A stretch of 64,000 bases of DNA, taken from an uncultured candidatus Porisulfidus sp. (GTDB lineage Bacteria > Pseudomonadota > Gammaproteobacteria > Poriferisulfidales > Poriferisulfidaceae). Positions 60,718-64,000 of this stretch are shown here, piece after piece. The notes beneath the pieces are model-generated. The model had not been told where the DNA came from, ran no database searches, and saw only the letters and a list, made by a program, of their open reading frames with translations. Location of the stretch: contig OZ251520.1 of NCBI GenBank assembly GCA_965242985.1, positions 696,163-760,162 of the forward strand, written 5' to 3'. Every line of letters begins with the position of its first letter. The first letter of the stretch is position 1. Made by a program: the position numbers and the translations under genes.

Positions 60718-61674
60718 TTAGCTGGGACCGACGACGGTGCTCCCCATCCAGGTCAAGTAACCCAAGTAGCAGGCGAGCAGCAGCGCGCCCGCGCCGCGCC
60801 CGAGCGTGCGCCTGGGCCGGGAAGCCAGCAGCAGCGCCGCGAGCAGCGCCGTCAGCGCCAGCATGAGCAGCGCGCTCGGCCAGAGTTCGGCGTCGACCGC
60901 GAACGGCCGCACCACCGCCGGCAGCCCGACCACCCCCAGCGTGTTGAACAGGTTCGAGCCGACCACGTTGCCGAGCACCAGCCCGCCGTCGCGCAACCGG
61001 CGCAGCGCCGCCAGCGAGGCCGCCAGCTCCGGCAGCGAGGTGCCGATGGCGATCAGGGTCAGGCCGATCAGCAGTTCGCTGACGCCGAGCGCGCGCGCCA
61101 GCCCGACCGCGCCCCACACCAGCGCCCAGGCGCTCGCCAGCAGCAACGCCAGCCCGAGCAGCGTCAGCGCGAGCGCCGCGCCCGCGCCGAGCTCCCCGCC
61201 GGGGCCGGGCAGGATCGGGGCGGGGCCCTGGCGGCGGCGCACCAGCCAGGCGATCACGCCCGCCAGCGCGGCGAGCAGCAGCAATCCTTCCCAGCGGGCC
61301 AGGTGCAGGTCGTCCAGGGCGAGGAAGGCGGCGGCGGCGGCGAGCAGGAGCAGCGGCAGGTCGCGGCGCAGCAGCTCCGGCGCGGCGGCCAGCGGCAGGA
61401 GCAGCGCCGACACGCCGAGGATCAGGGCGATGTTGGCGAGGTTGGAGCCGAACGCGTTGCCGATGGCGATGCCGCCGCTGCCGCGGGCCGCGGCCAGCGC
61501 CGACACCAGCAGTTCCGGCAGGCTGGTGCCGAAGCCCAGGATCACCACGCCGATGGCGAAGCTCGAGACCCGCAGCCGGCGGGCGAGGGTGGCGGCGCCC
61601 TCGACCAGGCGGTCGGCGGACCAGGCCAGCAGCAGGAAGCCGCCGGCGACGGCGCCGAGTTGGAGCAGCAGCAT
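60718..61674 (-). CDS. yrbG: Calcium/sodium antiporter family protein
   Basis: Two GTSLPE...GN..GSN repeats; usual neighbour of kdsD. Confidence 0.92.
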   Translation of the reverse strand: MLLLQLGAVAGGFLLLAWSADRLVEGAATLARRLRVSSFAIGVVILGFGTSLPELLVSALAAARGSGGIAIGNAFGSNLANIALILGVSALLLPLAAAPELLRRDLPLLLLAAAAAFLALDDLHLARWEGLLLLAALAGVIAWLVRRRQGPAPILPGPGGELGAGAALALTLLGLALLLASAWALVWGAVGLARALGVSELLIGLTLIAIGTSLPELAASLAALRRLRDGGLVLGNVVGSNLFNTLGVVGLPAVVRPFAVDAELWPSALLMLALTALLAALLLASRPRRTLGRGAGALLLACYLGYLTWMGSTVVGPS

Positions 61675-61796
61675 GCGGGCGGTCGGAGGCGGGAGCCGGA
61701 GACGGCGCGCCTAGTATAAGTTCCCGCGCCCGGGCGGGCGGTGCCGTATACTCTGGGCGCGCGCCGGCCGCGCGCTTCCGGAAAGATCGTCACGGC

Positions 61797-64000
61797 ATGC
61801 TCGAACGCCTGCGCGCGCTGTACGAACGGCTGGTGCTGGACGCGCCGTGGGCGGCGCTGGCGCTGGCCGCGGGCGCGCTGCTGCTGGCCGCCTCCCAGCT
61901 CGGCGGCTTCCGCCTCGACGCCTCGGCCGATTCGCTGCTGCTCGAGGACGACCCCGACCTGCGCTACTTCCGCGGCGTGCTGGAGCGCTACGGCAGCCGC
62001 GACTTCCTCGCGGTCACCTGGCGCCCGGACGCGCCGCCCTTGGCGGCCGCGAGCCGGGCGCGCCTCGACGCGCTGCGCGCCGACCTGCTGGCGCTGCCGG
62101 CGATCGAGGACGTGGTTACCATCCTCGACGTGCCGCTGCTCACCGCGCCGCCGATCGAGTTCGCCGAGCTCGGCCGGGTGACGCGCACGCTGCGCTCGCC
62201 GGACGTCGACCTCGAGCTGGCCGCCCGGGAGCTGGCGGCGAGCCCGTTCTACGCCGACCTGCTGATGAGCCGCGACGGGCGCACCACCGCGCTGATCGCC
62301 TACCTGCGCGCCGACGCGGCCGGGGCGGCGCTGCTGCGCGACCGCACCCGGCTGCGCGACGCCCGCCGCGCCGGGACCCTGGACGCCGCGGGGCGGGCCG
62401 AGCTCGACGCCGCCGAGCGCCGCTACGCGGCGCGCGCCGCGGCGGCCGCGGACGAGCGCGGGCGGACCATCGCCGCGGTGCGCGCGGTGCTCGACGAACA
62501 CCGCGCGGGCGCGCGCATCTTCCTCGGCGGGGTGGCCATGATCGCCGCCGACATGATCGACTTCATCGCCCGCGACCTGGAGCTGTTCGGCGCCGCGGTG
62601 TTCCTGTTCCTGGTCGGCATGCTCACCGCGATCTTCCGCCGCCCGCGCTGGGTGCTGCTGCCGCTCGCCGCCTGCGCCGGCGCGGCGCTGCTGACGGCCG
62701 GGGCGCTGGCGGCGGCGCGCTGGCCGGTGACGGTGATCTCCTCGAACTTCGTCGCGCTGCTGCTGATCATCGCCATGTCGATGACCGTGCACCTGACCGT
62801 GCGCTGCCGCGAGCTGCAGGCGGCGGAGCCCGGGCTCGCGCCGCGCGAGCTGGCCGGGCGCACGGCGCGCTTCATGTTCACGCCGATCCTGTACGCGGCG
62901 CTGACCACCATGGTGGCGTTCGTCTCGCTGCTGGTCAGCGGCATCCGCCCGGTGATCGACTTCGGCTACATGATGACCGCCGGCATCGCGCTGGCCTTCG
63001 CGCTGATCTTCGTGCTGTTCCCGGCGGCGGTGGCGCTGCTGCCGCCGGCCGCCGGCCGCGACCGCGACTTCACCCGCGGCGCGACCCGGGCCTTCGCGCG
63101 CCTGGCGCTCGGCCGCCCGCGCGGCGTCGCCGCGGCGGCGCTGCTGCTGGCGCTCGGCAGCGCCTTCGGCATCGCCCGCCTGGACGTGGAGAACCGCTTC
63201 ATCGACTACTTCGACCCCGGCACCGAGATCTACCAGGGCATGCTCGAGCTCGACCGCGAGCTCGGCGGCACCACCACTCTCGACGTGCTGCTGGAGGCCG
63301 ACCCGGCGGCGGCCGCCGCGGCGGCGGAGGAGGACGAGTTCTACGCCGAGTTCGAGGACGAGGCGGGCGCGGCCGGGCCGGGCTACTGGTTCAACCCGCT
63401 GCGGCTGGCGGAGCTGCGGCGGGTGCACGACTGGCTGGCGGCGCAGCCGGAGATCGGCAAGGTGCTGTCGCTGGACACGCTGGTGCGCATGGCCGAGTCG
63501 GTCAACCGCGGCGCGCCGCTCGACGACCTCAAGCTGAGCCTGCTGCGCGCCGGCGCCGAGCGGCTGCCGGAGAACCTGCAGGACGTGCTGCTGCGGCCGT
63601 TCCTGTCGGCCGACGGCGACACCCTGCGGGTGCTGGTGCGGGTGATCGATTCCGATCCCGGGCTGCGTCGCGCCGAGCTGCTCGCGCGCATCGACCGCTT
63701 CCTGCGCGCGGAGATGGGCTACGGCCCGGAGCGGTTCCGCCTGAGCGGCCTGCTGGTGCTGTACAACAACATGCTGCAGAGCCTGTTCGCCTCGCAGATC
63801 CTCACCGTCGGCTTCGTCTTCCTCGCCATCCTCGGCATGTTCCTGGTGCTGTTCCGCTCGCTGTTCCTGGCGCTGGTCGCGATCGTGCCGAACATGCTGC
63901 CGGCGGCGCTGGTGCTGGGCGCGATGGGCTGGCTCGGCATCCCGCTCGACCTGATGACCATCACCATCGCCGCGATCAGCGTCGGCATCGCGGTGGACAA
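61797..64000 (+). CDS. MMPL/RND superfamily transporter (3'-truncated at window edge)
   Basis: Translated by hand because it is absent from the ORF track: MLERLRALYERLVL.., LDASADSLLLEDD, ALTTMVAFVSL..SGIRPVIDFG, VENRFIDYF, TITIAAISVGIAVD. Confidence 0.88.
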   Translation, partial: MLERLRALYERLVLDAPWAALALAAGALLLAASQLGGFRLDASADSLLLEDDPDLRYFRGVLERYGSRDFLAVTWRPDAPPLAAASRARLDALRADLLALPAIEDVVTILDVPLLTAPPIEFAELGRVTRTLRSPDVDLELAARELAASPFYADLLMSRDGRTTALIAYLRADAAGAALLRDRTRLRDARRAGTLDAAGRAELDAAERRYAARAAAAADERGRTIAAVRAVLDEHRAGARIFLGGVAMIAADMIDFIARDLELFGAAVFLFLVGMLTAIFRRPRWVLLPLAACAGAALLTAGALAAARWPVTVISSNFVALLLIIAMSMTVHLTVRCRELQAAEPGLAPRELAGRTARFMFTPILYAALTTMVAFVSLLVSGIRPVIDFGYMMTAGIALAFALIFVLFPAAVALLPPAAGRDRDFTRGATRAFARLALGRPRGVAAAALLLALGSAFGIARLDVENRFIDYFDPGTEIYQGMLELDRELGGTTTLDVLLEADPAAAAAAAEEDEFYAEFEDEAGAAGPGYWFNPLRLAELRRVHDWLAAQPEIGKVLSLDTLVRMAESVNRGAPLDDLKLSLLRAGAERLPENLQDVLLRPFLSADGDTLRVLVRVIDSDPGLRRAELLARIDRFLRAEMGYGPERFRLSGLLVLYNNMLQSLFASQILTVGFVFLAILGMFLVLFRSLFLALVAIVPNMLPAALVLGAMGWLGIPLDLMTITIAAISVGIAVD

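Overview
Very GC-rich gammaproteobacterial chromosome segment. FN3-repeat surface proteases and scattered DNA methyltransferases suggest a host-associated lifestyle, such as a sponge symbiont, but this is inference. The backbone is ordinary core genes: ahcY-gshB-tonB-yqgE-yqgF-pyrR-pyrB-pyrC'-pyrK-yggS-proC-yggT, metA, tatD, trhO, fabA, dinB, nrdAB, coq7, nth-rnfB-metG, apbC-dcd, mgtE, kdsD-kdsC-lptCA-lptB-hpf-ptsN-rapZ-PTS genes, yrbG and a partial MMPL/RND transporter. Notable accessory features: (1) four tandem NHLP-leader (proteusin-type) RiPP precursors with unrelated cores, a duplicated upstream motif and no modifying enzymes in the window; (2) three paralogous lipoprotein-FN3-subtilase-beta-barrel proteins, one with an in-frame C14 tract and two with the catalytic Asp replaced by Gly together with HG changed to HE; (3) an EGKCG-repeat/DoxX/DUF692/DUF2063 (oxazolin/bufferin-type) RiPP operon; (4) a CarH-like regulator lacking its B12 ligands, divergent from an AlkB/XylM-family hydroxylase; (5) an apparent natural LptC-LptA fusion and absence of rpoN from its usual position; (6) an orphan DUF2857-like protein with a duplicated N-terminal module; (7) three DNA methyltransferases. 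I saw no rRNA, tRNA, CRISPR array or transposase. Family calls come from motif recognition only; no database search was run.
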